From Promethearchaeota archaeon (GTDB taxonomy: Archaea > Asgardarchaeota > Lokiarchaeia > Sigyniarchaeales > SOKP01), in the NCBI GenBank assembly GCA_019057865.1, contig JAHLWP010000001.1, positions 178,668-242,667 on the forward strand: DNA of 64,000 nt. The letters run 5' to 3'. The notes beneath the pieces were generated by a model. It was not told the origin of the DNA and searched no databases. It saw nothing but the letters and a program-made list of their open reading frames with translations. A program made the position numbers and the translations under genes. Below, one piece after another: positions 40,042 through 49,944 of this stretch (its first letter is position 1; each line of letters opens with the position of its first letter).

Positions 40042-40665
40042 ATGACAATAAAAGCTATTATTTTTGATCTGGGAGGAGTAGTAGTAGAGCTCGACTTTAG
40101 TAGATTTTTCAAAGATATAATCGAAATTTCTCCTCTAAATACACCAAATTCTTCTTTACTTCTTGAATTTTGGCGACAATCAGATATATACCATCAAGGT
40201 AAAATGACTAATAAAGAATTTTATTCTCAAGCATGTGAATTATTACAAACTTGCGTTTTAAATCAAGAACAATTTTTTGATTCATTCAACTCAGTAATTT
40301 CTCATGTCAAGGAAGATTTTCTGGCATTAATAAAAAATCTAAAAGAACAAAATAAAATCAAGCTATTATGTTTATCAAATGTAAATTCAAGCCATTGGCA
40401 TTATTTATTAGAACAAAATAAGGAAATTGTGGAATTATTTGATGAACTTATTTTGTCATTCGAAGTACACATGACAAAACCAGATCCAAGATTGTTTAAA
40501 TTAGCAATCCAAAAAGCAGAATGTAAACCTGAAGAAATCGTTTTTATTGATGATGGTTTAAATAATATACGTTCAGCAAGGGAATTAGGCATAAAGTTTT
40601 CAATAAAGTTTACAAACCTTGAAAATCTTATTAATGAACTAAAGAGCTTAAAAATAAATTTATAA
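40042..40665 (+). CDS. HAD family phosphatase (YihX-like)
   Basis: IFDLGGV, LSN, KPDP, FIDD. Confidence 0.9.
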   Translation: MTIKAIIFDLGGVVVELDFSRFFKDIIEISPLNTPNSSLLLEFWRQSDIYHQGKMTNKEFYSQACELLQTCVLNQEQFFDSFNSVISHVKEDFLALIKNLKEQNKIKLLCLSNVNSSHWHYLLEQNKEIVELFDELILSFEVHMTKPDPRLFKLAIQKAECKPEEIVFIDDGLNNIRSARELGIKFSIKFTNLENLINELKSLKINL

Positions 40666-40690
40666 AGACTTCTCAAAAATTATATCTTTT

Positions 40691-41212
40691 TTATTCAGAA
40701 AGAGCACTGCCTAAGCATGCTTTAGCAATTGATTCAAAAGCTAACTCAACATTTTCTCCTGTTTTCGCGGAAGATTCTAAATACTCACAACTTAGTCTTT
40801 TAGCTAAATCCTCAGCTTCTGCTTTATCAACATCTCTCTCTAGATCAAGTTTATTTCCTAATAAAATCATCGGGATTCTCCTTTTAACTGATTTATTTAT
40901 AGAGCTTATCCAACCAGGAATTTTTAAAAGAGATTGGTTTGATGATAAATCAAAAACACCTATTGCACCATTACTTCCTTTAAAATAAATTGTGCGAAGT
41001 TTATGAAATTGTGGCTGACCACCTATATCCCATAGGAGAAGACGGACTTGTTTCCCTTCGATTTCAACATCTTTGATCAAAAAATTACTTCCAATGGTTT
41101 TTTTCAAATCATCGCTAAAGTAATCCTTAATATAGCGGAGAAGTAACGACGTTTTTCCTACTCCTCCTGGTCCAAATAAAGTTATTTTAAATTTATATTG
41201 ATTAGATTGCAT
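40691..41212 (-). CDS. Rab-like small GTPase
   Basis: GPGGVGKTS, TIG, WDIGGQ, GNKLD, SAKTG. There is no C-terminal prenylation motif. Confidence 0.95.
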   Translation of the reverse strand: MQSNQYKFKITLFGPGGVGKTSLLLRYIKDYFSDDLKKTIGSNFLIKDVEIEGKQVRLLLWDIGGQPQFHKLRTIYFKGSNGAIGVFDLSSNQSLLKIPGWISSINKSVKRRIPMILLGNKLDLERDVDKAEAEDLAKRLSCEYLESSAKTGENVELAFESIAKACLGSALSE

Positions 41213-41306
41213 AATTTCACTGTTAAAAATTATTGTTCATATTTTTATACTAATATATTTAATATTTAGTCTTTTCTTTATTTATTTTTTTGTTTATAGT
41301 TTAGTT

Positions 41307-42665
41307 TTATTCCTCTTTTTTTAATTTGTGAATAGTTTCTTTTGCCTTTTCTGCAATCACATGAGTTTCTTTCTTAACAAATTCTTCTGTTTTTTGTCCT
41401 ACTCTTCCAAGTTGAACCATAATCCATTCAGGAGAACCCACTCCATTAAAATACTCCATCCATATATACATCATTAAACCAAGAAATCCACAATAAACAA
41501 TCCCCACAATAGGGAAAAATATTATCGAAAATTGTCCAATATACAAGGGAAGAAACAGAAATTGAATTAAAAATAGTGATAAACTAACTTTCCCATAATA
41601 GATAATCATTTTTATGAATTGATTAGATTTATTCTTTATATCAATGAAATAAAAACTCACTGCAATGATGAGAAGTGCAGCACCAAGATTATAAAACATA
41701 TTTGACATTGTATTTCTTACCATGAAATCTGGCATTCCAAGAAAGTGATAATAATCCTGTTGATTTGCAATTCTTAATAAATCTAAATGTAAATATTCTG
41801 ATAATTCTAATGTTTCTGGAGTTTGTAATCTCCAACCAAGTATGAACCCTGTTATTACTAGAATAATCCCACAATATGAAAATATACGAAATAAATGATA
41901 ATACGCTTCTTTTGTTCCTTTAATCATTGCATCATATAAATATTCACCAAATACTGTAGAAATAAAACAAATTGCTAGCCAAGGAAGAAATGGTACTTGA
42001 GGAAGAGGTGAAGTTATTAAAAAATGTAAGATCCAAAAACCGACATTAGTATCTTTATTATCAAAGATAAATTGTCTAATGATAGGTGAAATAATTATAA
42101 TTATAATACCAATCACTACACGAGGAATTTTCTTAATCTTTAGCACATAATAAGAAAAAATTTGTGAGAAGCCTATGAACACAAGAAAATTCCAGCCCCA
42201 AAAATTCATTGGAAAGGGAACAGATTCACCAGCAGTATATAAAGACATTGGATTAAAAAGCATACCTATTATAATGATAATAACTCCACGGGTTAAAATG
42301 CGATTACGTATAATTTTAGATGATAATTTGCCCTTCTTTCGTTTAATGCTGAAGATAACGCTAAGAGCAGAAAGGAAAACGAATAAGGAGGGACCCAATA
42401 TATCTAAAAAAGTAAAAAGAAGACCATATAAATACCTCCAATCATCATCAAACCATGCAAGTGCAGAATGTGCTAAAATTATAAAACATATAGCAAAACC
42501 CTTAACGAAGTCAATTGAAGAAATTCTTCTTGGTGAAGAAACATCCCTAATATCTTCGATAGGAATCTCTTCTTTTAAATATTCCACTAGTGGTGGTGTT
42601 TCTACGCTTTGAACTTTTTCGTTTGTAGATGACATTATGATTATCCTATTATAATTAAAACTCAA
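41307..42665 (-). CDS. HGSNAT/DUF1624-like transmembrane acyltransferase (paralog A)
   Basis: RRISSIDFVKGFAICFIILAH, LFVFLS, PFLPWL, YGKVSLSLF; about 11 TM helices. Confidence 0.8.
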   Translation of the reverse strand: MSFNYNRIIIMSSTNEKVQSVETPPLVEYLKEEIPIEDIRDVSSPRRISSIDFVKGFAICFIILAHSALAWFDDDWRYLYGLLFTFLDILGPSLFVFLSALSVIFSIKRKKGKLSSKIIRNRILTRGVIIIIIGMLFNPMSLYTAGESVPFPMNFWGWNFLVFIGFSQIFSYYVLKIKKIPRVVIGIIIIIISPIIRQFIFDNKDTNVGFWILHFLITSPLPQVPFLPWLAICFISTVFGEYLYDAMIKGTKEAYYHLFRIFSYCGIILVITGFILGWRLQTPETLELSEYLHLDLLRIANQQDYYHFLGMPDFMVRNTMSNMFYNLGAALLIIAVSFYFIDIKNKSNQFIKMIIYYGKVSLSLFLIQFLFLPLYIGQFSIIFFPIVGIVYCGFLGLMMYIWMEYFNGVGSPEWIMVQLGRVGQKTEEFVKKETHVIAEKAKETIHKLKKEE

Positions 42666-42713
42666 TTAAATAAAGATTAAAAAGAATTAAGAAGATATTA
42701 TTTTAATTCTTTA

Positions 42714-43988
42714 TTATTGTTGCTTATAAAAAATAATTAGCGAAAAATAAAGTAGAAGTAATAAAATTAAACCACATAAATTGAATGGAAAAAATTCATA
42801 GGTAAGGTAAAAGATACCCCATGATATTACAACTAATATAGCCAAGAAATGATGAACAAATCTAATTATATTATAAAATTTAAAATTCTTATTAATTAAG
42901 GTAAAAATAACTAAGAATGGTGTTAATACAATTAGATGATGGGGCCATGAATCAAAATAAACAATTAATGTAATGCTTATTCCTATTAAATATCCATCAA
43001 TTAATCTATTTGTCTGATTAGATGAAAGAATAAAATAATATAATATTGGAACCAAAAATAAAAAAATTATAATTATAAAAAGGAAAAAATTACTAATATT
43101 TAATTCCGTCAATTGAAAGAGAGTTATAAGATTTCTTGTAAGACTAAAAGATGCGTTGATATCTAATGTTCCTATAGTTGTGGCATATTTTCCGGTAAAA
43201 TTAACATCCATAAAACCTTCTAACAATTTAGGAGAAATTAAAAAATAAATACTAGAGATAAACAGTAGAATGATTGTACCAAAAAGTCTAATAAAAGCAA
43301 TTTTAAAATGAAAAACAAATTCCTTAGTATCTTTTGAGTAGTATAAAGGTATTAAAAAGGGAATTAGGAGAAGGAGTGTAGGTTTTATTAAGATTCCTAA
43401 CCCTAGCATTAAGCCACCAAAAAAATTGTTTTTATTTCCATTTTTTAAAAAACAGAAAACAGAATACAAGATAAAAAAAGAAACTAAAGTATTGATTTGC
43501 CCTAAAAAATAATTCATAAATTGAGGAAGCATTATCAATAATACAGAAAAATGATAGAGAACAGATTCATTCTCAGGTTTATTAAACGCATCCCTAAACT
43601 CCCTTAAGTCATAAGGTAGTTTATTATCATTGTTTAATCTTGGATATGATTGGATGATTTTATAAATAAGATAAATGATAGCAATGTTTAAAATGAAACT
43701 GAATATTTGAAAAATGATGTATCCTAATTCTAAGCCTAACATAGAGAAAGGAGTAAAAATATAAGCAGAGAGAGGAAAATACCTGAATGGAAAAAGATAT
43801 TGTGAAATATCGTATAAATTTGATATATCTGTTATTATAATCCGACCAGCTTTATAATAAGTTAAGAAATCGTTATTGTTTTTATTCATCAACGGATTAT
43901 CTAAGAAAAAAAAGAAAAACAAAGATGTAAATAGGTATAAAAGATTTACAAAGAATGCAAAAATAAAAAAGAGTTTGGTTTTTCTCAT
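42714..43988 (-). CDS. GT87/DUF2029-like GT-C membrane glycosyltransferase
   Basis: DFLTYYKAG, FRYFP, GQIN, IKP, SWPHH; multiple TM helices. Confidence 0.8.
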   Translation of the reverse strand: MRKTKLFFIFAFFVNLLYLFTSLFFFFFLDNPLMNKNNNDFLTYYKAGRIIITDISNLYDISQYLFPFRYFPLSAYIFTPFSMLGLELGYIIFQIFSFILNIAIIYLIYKIIQSYPRLNNDNKLPYDLREFRDAFNKPENESVLYHFSVLLIMLPQFMNYFLGQINTLVSFFILYSVFCFLKNGNKNNFFGGLMLGLGILIKPTLLLLIPFLIPLYYSKDTKEFVFHFKIAFIRLFGTIILLFISSIYFLISPKLLEGFMDVNFTGKYATTIGTLDINASFSLTRNLITLFQLTELNISNFFLFIIIIFLFLVPILYYFILSSNQTNRLIDGYLIGISITLIVYFDSWPHHLIVLTPFLVIFTLINKNFKFYNIIRFVHHFLAILVVISWGIFYLTYEFFPFNLCGLILLLLLYFSLIIFYKQQ

Positions 43989-44012
43989 TTAAAACGTCAT
44001 TTTAATTTATTA

Positions 44013-45392
44013 TTAATTTTCTTTGTCTTTGCTTAACTTTTTCATAAAATCTTCCATCTTTTTGACTCTTTCGCGCTTTTTGATTCTAGCATATACTTTT
44101 TTAGTAGTTTTCTTAACTGCTTCTCCTGATTTCTGTCCAATTCTCCCAAGTTGCACCATAAGATATTCAGGTGAACCCACTCCATTGGCATATTCCATCC
44201 AAATATACATTAAAATTCCTAAAAATCCTACATATGAAAGACCAATAATAAGATATAGCGCTACTCCAAATCGATCAATAAAAAGGGGTATAAATAAAAA
44301 ATGTAATAGAAATAGGCTTAAGGAGACTTTACCATAATATATTAATACATTAGTGAAATCGTTTGATTTCTTCTTAATATCAAGAAAATAAAAAAATATA
44401 GCAATTATAGTCAATGCAGCACCTTGGTTATAAAACATATTAGCACTGGTTCCTCTTATCAGAAATAATGGCATTCCAAGAATTTCAAAAAAATCTTGGT
44501 TATTAGCGACTTCTAATAAATGTAAATGAGGATATTCAGCGATCCCTCCTACAATAGTATCAGCAGTCATTAATTCAAAACCAAAATTGGGAAGTGGTGC
44601 AAAAATTCCTATTATGATGAAGGCAATACCCCAAACTAAAAATATTCGGAATAGTCCTATATAAGCATCATCTGTTCCTTTATTCATTGCTTCAAAAATA
44701 TATTCGCCAAAAATGGTAGAAATAAAACATATTGAAATCCATGGGACGAGTGTTAAATGAGGAGTGGGTGAAGTTATAATATAATGAAAGAAACTTATTA
44801 ATATATTTCCCGCTTCTTTACCTTCATAAAGAAATGCTCGAATATAAGGTGAACTAATAATAATTAATAAACCAATTACTATACGCCACTTCTTTTTAAG
44901 TTTTAATATATAGAAGGAAAATATTTGAGTGAATCCTATAAATGTAATAATATTCCAACCAAATATAATTACCACAGCTTCTCCTGTTTCTGGATCAATA
45001 CCTACTAAATTAGTAATCATTCCAATAATTATCATTACTATTCCTCGTGTAAAAATACGATTTCGGATTATCTTATTCGGTAAGACACCTTCTTTTCTTT
45101 TAATACTAAATATTACACTAAGTGCAGAGAGAAACACAAACAATGAGGGTCCAAGAATATCTAAAAAAGCAAATAAGAGTCCATAAATGTATCTAGATTC
45201 AGAATCAAGCCATCCTTGAGAAGTGTGTGCCAAAATTACAAAAATTATCGCAAATCCTTTAAGAAAATCTATAGAAGTTATACGTCTTGGAGAGGCATAA
45301 TCTCTTATATCCTCAAGGGGAATCTCTTGCTGTAAATAATTAAAAAGAGGTGGAGATTCAGTTTTTACTTCTACTTCCATTTGTGATGACAT
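44013..45392 (-). CDS. HGSNAT/DUF1624-like transmembrane acyltransferase (paralog B)
   Basis: RRITSIDFLKGFAIIFVILAH, LFVFLS, YGKVSLSLF; colinear with paralog A. Confidence 0.8.
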   Translation of the reverse strand: MSSQMEVEVKTESPPLFNYLQQEIPLEDIRDYASPRRITSIDFLKGFAIIFVILAHTSQGWLDSESRYIYGLLFAFLDILGPSLFVFLSALSVIFSIKRKEGVLPNKIIRNRIFTRGIVMIIIGMITNLVGIDPETGEAVVIIFGWNIITFIGFTQIFSFYILKLKKKWRIVIGLLIIISSPYIRAFLYEGKEAGNILISFFHYIITSPTPHLTLVPWISICFISTIFGEYIFEAMNKGTDDAYIGLFRIFLVWGIAFIIIGIFAPLPNFGFELMTADTIVGGIAEYPHLHLLEVANNQDFFEILGMPLFLIRGTSANMFYNQGAALTIIAIFFYFLDIKKKSNDFTNVLIYYGKVSLSLFLLHFLFIPLFIDRFGVALYLIIGLSYVGFLGILMYIWMEYANGVGSPEYLMVQLGRIGQKSGEAVKKTTKKVYARIKKRERVKKMEDFMKKLSKDKEN

Positions 45393-45500
45393 TTTTACTC
45401 AAATTATTATTAGTCTTTTTTACTTAAAAATTTAAAAAAAAATAAATTTGTTAAATTTTATCTTTATAATATTCCTTTTGAATTTTTATAGTTTTTCAAT

Positions 45501-45938
45501 ATGGATAAAGTAAAATTTCAAATCAAGCTTAAAAAAAATCTGGATTTCATAATTTTCGGATTCACTGGCTCAATATTACTTATATTATCTGAATTTTTTT
45601 ATTGGTTTTCTAATTATACATTATTAGACAGGTATGTGATTGCTACAAGTGTTGCAATTGAAGATTCTTTTCTTTATTTGTTCCCGTTTTTAAGTGGCAT
45701 CATTTGTTTAGCTGCAAGTATTATTGTTGTCTACGATTTTAAACTTAGAATTAAATCAGTAATATTATCATCAGTTGGTATAGGTTTCCTATTAATTTTT
45801 TTTATCGATTTTCTCTCTCAAGAAAGTGATTACATCTTGAGTTTAGGAGTTGGTTTTTATTTGTTTATAACCGGTTTTCTTTTAATTGTAATTAATGTAA
45901 TAAATATATTATTAACAAAAGAGAAAGAATCAGGATAA
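45501..45938 (+). CDS. 4-TM membrane protein
   Basis: Four hydrophobic segments. Confidence 0.65.
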   Translation: MDKVKFQIKLKKNLDFIIFGFTGSILLILSEFFYWFSNYTLLDRYVIATSVAIEDSFLYLFPFLSGIICLAASIIVVYDFKLRIKSVILSSVGIGFLLIFFIDFLSQESDYILSLGVGFYLFITGFLLIVINVINILLTKEKESG

Positions 45939-45953
45939 AATTTAACGATCAAT

Positions 45954-46838
45954 ATGGATAGTAATGAAAATTCAAATCAAAATGATAGTCAGGATGTAGA
46001 AGGAAGTTTTTACTACGCATTGGGTCATGAATTACGTAGAAAAATTATAAAGATAATTGGAGATAATGAGTTTTCTTCATTTACCCTGCTTAAAAAAGAA
46101 CTAGGAGTAAGTACAGGCACAATTTATCATCATTTGGATACTTTATCTGAATTAATCAAACAAAAGAAGGATAAAAAATATTATCTAAAAGAATTAGGTG
46201 TTCATGCTTATAATTCTTTAAAAGACGATATTAGATTAATTAGAGAGAAGGGTTTTGCAATTAGAGAATTTAAATCGCCTTTTTTAAGAAGATTAATGGT
46301 GATAACATCTAAAAGATTTATTCAATTTAAAAAAGAAGATAGAATATATGCAATTTTAATCTCAATCGGAATATTAATAATTGGGACAATATTAAGCCGA
46401 TTAAACCAATTTTACCCCCTATTACTATTTTTTATAGAACCTAATGAAAATAATTTAGAACTTAACTTTCAAATTTTATTAATTCTTAGTTTTCTTTTAA
46501 ATTTTATAATATATTTTATTATTATTGAAGGAATTTCTCGTCTATTTTATGACAAAAATGAAAATACGTTAAATTTTTTTATATCTTTTGCGATTGTATT
46601 TTTCCCTATGGTATTATACCTATTATTACATTATATTTTTGTTTATAGTGGAATTTTTGATATTTCTATTATTAATTTTTTAGATAAAGTCTTAATGATT
46701 ATTCTTCAAGTATGGTCGTTATGGCTATTATCCTATAGTATGAGTGTAAAGAAAGGGTTAAAAATCGAGACAACCTTGATTGTTTCTCTATTATTACACT
46801 ATGGTGGTTTTACGATTATTTTACTAACCTTGATTTAA
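45954..46838 (+). CDS. ArsR-type wHTH fused to a multi-TM (Yip1-like) domain
   Basis: ALGHELRRKII...SFTLLKKELGVSTGTIYHHLDTL, followed by about 5 TM helices. Confidence 0.75.
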   Translation: MDSNENSNQNDSQDVEGSFYYALGHELRRKIIKIIGDNEFSSFTLLKKELGVSTGTIYHHLDTLSELIKQKKDKKYYLKELGVHAYNSLKDDIRLIREKGFAIREFKSPFLRRLMVITSKRFIQFKKEDRIYAILISIGILIIGTILSRLNQFYPLLLFFIEPNENNLELNFQILLILSFLLNFIIYFIIIEGISRLFYDKNENTLNFFISFAIVFFPMVLYLLLHYIFVYSGIFDISIINFLDKVLMIILQVWSLWLLSYSMSVKKGLKIETTLIVSLLLHYGGFTIILLTLI

Positions 46839-48135
46839 GAACTTTAAAATTAAATTCTTCTAAAGTACTTAATATTTCATTCAACCTATTTTTTGACGAT
46901 CTGAAATCTTTTGTTTTTGTTGCGAGAAAACAAGAAAAGAATTTTGATTTATTAAATGAAATTGGAGGAGTAACAAGTTCAGAGATCATATTCAATAATT
47001 TTGGTAATAAGGACTCTTTGATTTCATTAATTGATTTAGATCCAGTATAAAATAGCTCTACTCTAGAGAAATTTGAATGGTTATGGTATTTTAATTTTAC
47101 AGGTTTCATTGAATTTAATTTTGAATTTATTATCAACTCAACTGGATTAATATCAATTACATTTCTAAGTCCTATATATGATGTTGTTAATCTTGGATTG
47201 ATTTCTAAAAAATGAACAGTTTTATTTTTTTTTTGTATGAAATCAATACCATAATACCCGCTAAATTTTGATAGATTAACTTTATTTAATATTTTAGATA
47301 AATAATTTAGTATTTCCTTTTGATCTTCTACTGGTGTATATCCTCCAAAATATTCAGATTTAATTTTAAGGTTTGTTATTTCTACATTTTGTGAATTAAT
47401 ACTTAAAAAAATAGGTGTAGCGATTTGAGAATTTAAATTGGATGAACTACCAATTAAAGAAATACTTAGATCTCTTCCGTCAATAAATTCTTGAAGTATG
47501 TAAGTTCTATTATATTCAAAACTATTATCCAAACTATGAAAGAACTCTCTTATTTGATTTTCACTTCCAAAATAATAAATTGATTCTGCACCAACCCCAT
47601 CTTCAGGTTTAATAATAATAGGACGTTTTAATTCCTTAAATTTTTGTATAATGAATTCTAAATCAAATTTTTTATTCCTTGAAGGTATTAGATATGTTTT
47701 TGGAGTATTTATTTTATTTTTTTTGAAAAAACTATAAGTCATTATTTTTGAAGTACCTAATTTAATACCTTCTAAATCCACACTTAATATTATCTTTTTA
47801 TAATTTTTAGCAATTTCAGTTAACTCATATAAGATATTCGAAGATTCTGGAGCAATTATAAAAATACATTTACAATTTCTAACTTGATTCTTAAAAATAT
47901 TAATGTAGTTATCTTTAGCATCAACTTTATGAATTATATCCGCTTCCAATAAATTTGATAAGAAGTAGATTCGGTAATCTAATATTGTACTAATAATAAA
48001 ATCCATCGCCTTAAAATCTGCGATAATAGATCTTAACATACCAAATCCTTCACAAAATAAGGAAGAGGGTATATCAACTTGATTAAAACCACCACCGGAT
48101 ACAAATTCGAAGATAAAAACATAATTTTTATTCAT
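46816..48135 (-). CDS. mfnD: ATP-grasp ligase, tyramine--L-glutamate ligase (MfnD)-like
   Basis: FEFVSGGG, EGFGML, IAPE, IKPEDGVG, QEFIDG, EINPRLTTSY. Confidence 0.75.
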   Translation of the reverse strand: MNKNYVFIFEFVSGGGFNQVDIPSSLFCEGFGMLRSIIADFKAMDFIISTILDYRIYFLSNLLEADIIHKVDAKDNYINIFKNQVRNCKCIFIIAPESSNILYELTEIAKNYKKIILSVDLEGIKLGTSKIMTYSFFKKNKINTPKTYLIPSRNKKFDLEFIIQKFKELKRPIIIKPEDGVGAESIYYFGSENQIREFFHSLDNSFEYNRTYILQEFIDGRDLSISLIGSSSNLNSQIATPIFLSINSQNVEITNLKIKSEYFGGYTPVEDQKEILNYLSKILNKVNLSKFSGYYGIDFIQKKNKTVHFLEINPRLTTSYIGLRNVIDINPVELIINSKLNSMKPVKLKYHNHSNFSRVELFYTGSKSINEIKESLLPKLLNMISELVTPPISFNKSKFFSCFLATKTKDFRSSKNRLNEILSTLEEFNFKVLKSRLVK

Positions 48136-48310
48136 TTTTTATGTACTTTAATAATTTTTAGAGTTCTCTACATCATGTTTTCAATTATTCTAAATTTTTT
48201 TTATTTATACACTTTCTACTTATTTTTTTCTTTTAAATATATTCACTAACTATTTTTGATAATAATTTGATTTTTTTATTTATATAGATCTATAATAAAA
48301 AAAGATCATT

Positions 48311-48826
48311 ATGCTAAGTGATATAAAATTAAAGGTTAAAGATGCTTTTAAAGGTGATTTCGGTAAGAGTATTGCCCGAATTGATCCAAAAATAGTTTCA
48401 GAGAGTAATATCGATGTTGGTGATACAATTTGTATTTATAATGAATCTAAAAAAAAATTTACAGCTGCAGTAGTATTTCCCAGTGATCCTAGAGATGAGG
48501 GTACAAATATAATCAGGATTGATGCATTATTAAGAAGAAATCTAAAGGCAACTCTCGAAGATATCGTAAAGATTAAAAAGACAAAAAATCATCTTGCTCA
48601 ACAAGTTTCTTTTGCGGGATATAAAAAAGGAATAATTTTAAAAAATCCAGATGGTTTAGTAAAAACTTTAAAAGATCGAGTAGTTTCAAAAGGAGATATC
48701 TTTACTTTTCGATGTGAAAATAAGAAAGTTGATTTAATAGTTATAAATCATACACCACAAACTGAAGTAGTGAAAATCCATAATGGAACTAATATTTTCT
48801 GCCAAAAACAGGCATATTATCTTTAA
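48311..48826 (+). CDS. Stand-alone Cdc48/VAT N-domain protein (no AAA domains)
   Basis: LKVKDAFKGDFGKSIARID, IIRIDALLRRNL..TLEDIVKI, AQQVSF, VINHTP..VVKI. The ORF ends where the D1 AAA domain would begin. Confidence 0.85.
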   Translation: MLSDIKLKVKDAFKGDFGKSIARIDPKIVSESNIDVGDTICIYNESKKKFTAAVVFPSDPRDEGTNIIRIDALLRRNLKATLEDIVKIKKTKNHLAQQVSFAGYKKGIILKNPDGLVKTLKDRVVSKGDIFTFRCENKKVDLIVINHTPQTEVVKIHNGTNIFCQKQAYYL

Positions 48827-48829
48827 TTT

Positions 48830-49930
48830 GTGAGGGGCAAAATGATGATGTCATTAAAAAGTAAAGAATTTCAAGTAAATCGATATATCACACTAAGACT
48901 AGAAAATGAAGAAACTGTTGTATATGTTAATGATGAGAAATTTATCCAATGTAAATATCTATTATTAAATATTCCTAAAGAAAAAATTGAAGAATATGAG
49001 AATATAGAATCTATTGATGAAGTAGCAGAGAATTTGGATAAATCGTTAGAATATGAAAATATGATAAATTTTTATTTTCCTCCTGAACTCGAATTTTGGG
49101 GACATTGTTCAAATTTGCAAGTATGGGTGGAGAATGATTATAATTCCTGCTTACTTCATAGAAATTTAGCATTTCCCTTATTAAAAAAGTTGACGGAATT
49201 AGGGGATCCTTTAGCTAGAATTGTTTTCAAAGAAGAGATCGCTAAAAGGTTCTCTAGTGGCTTTCAATCTGTAATAAATTATCTAGTCAATGAAAATTAT
49301 TTGTATTATTTAAATCCAGAGGAGATCAAATGCTTATTAGAAGATTATAGAGATTCCCTTGATAACTCATACTGTCAATCTATACTTAGAAAAGCAGCAA
49401 GATATTGGTCTATTGAAGGATTGAATTATTTTAGGAATAACAAATATAATAAGGCGATAAAATTTTTCAAGCAATCACTTCAACTCTTTCCAAATGATGT
49501 AAAGACATTGAATTATCTTGGAGATGTGTTAAGAGATAAGGGAAATATTGATAAATCAATTGAAATCTATAATAAAGCTATTAATATAGATAAAAACTAC
49601 TCAAATGGGTATATTAATTTATCAAGAGCATATTTTCAAATAGGCGATTATGATAAAACAATTAATATCTGCAATTTAGCTTTAATGATCAATCTAAATC
49701 TAGTTGAATTAGAGTCTATAAGCTATTATTTATATGAGTCTTACTATAATAAAGGTAAATTCAAAGAAATAAGAAAAGCACGCAGGACAATCAATATAAT
49801 AAAAAGAAAAACAAGAAAAGAATTAGGATTTACATGGTACAATAGAATTGATGATATTCCTGAGAGAATAGGTCACATTCTTTTGTATATTTTTATTTTT
49901 GTAATTTTCTTAGTTTTATTTTTTGTTTAA
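48830..49930 (+). CDS. Lokiarchaeal expanded N-terminal domain + TPR repeats + C-terminal TM anchor
   Basis: N-domain EFQVNRYITLRLEN...EFWGHCSNLQVWVEN...LAFPLLKKL; about 3 TPRs; hydrophobic tail ILLYIFIFVIFLVLFFV. Confidence 0.75.
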   Translation: MRGKMMMSLKSKEFQVNRYITLRLENEETVVYVNDEKFIQCKYLLLNIPKEKIEEYENIESIDEVAENLDKSLEYENMINFYFPPELEFWGHCSNLQVWVENDYNSCLLHRNLAFPLLKKLTELGDPLARIVFKEEIAKRFSSGFQSVINYLVNENYLYYLNPEEIKCLLEDYRDSLDNSYCQSILRKAARYWSIEGLNYFRNNKYNKAIKFFKQSLQLFPNDVKTLNYLGDVLRDKGNIDKSIEIYNKAINIDKNYSNGYINLSRAYFQIGDYDKTINICNLALMINLNLVELESISYYLYESYYNKGKFKEIRKARRTINIIKRKTRKELGFTWYNRIDDIPERIGHILLYIFIFVIFLVLFFV

Positions 49931-49944
49931 ATATATGGAAAAAA

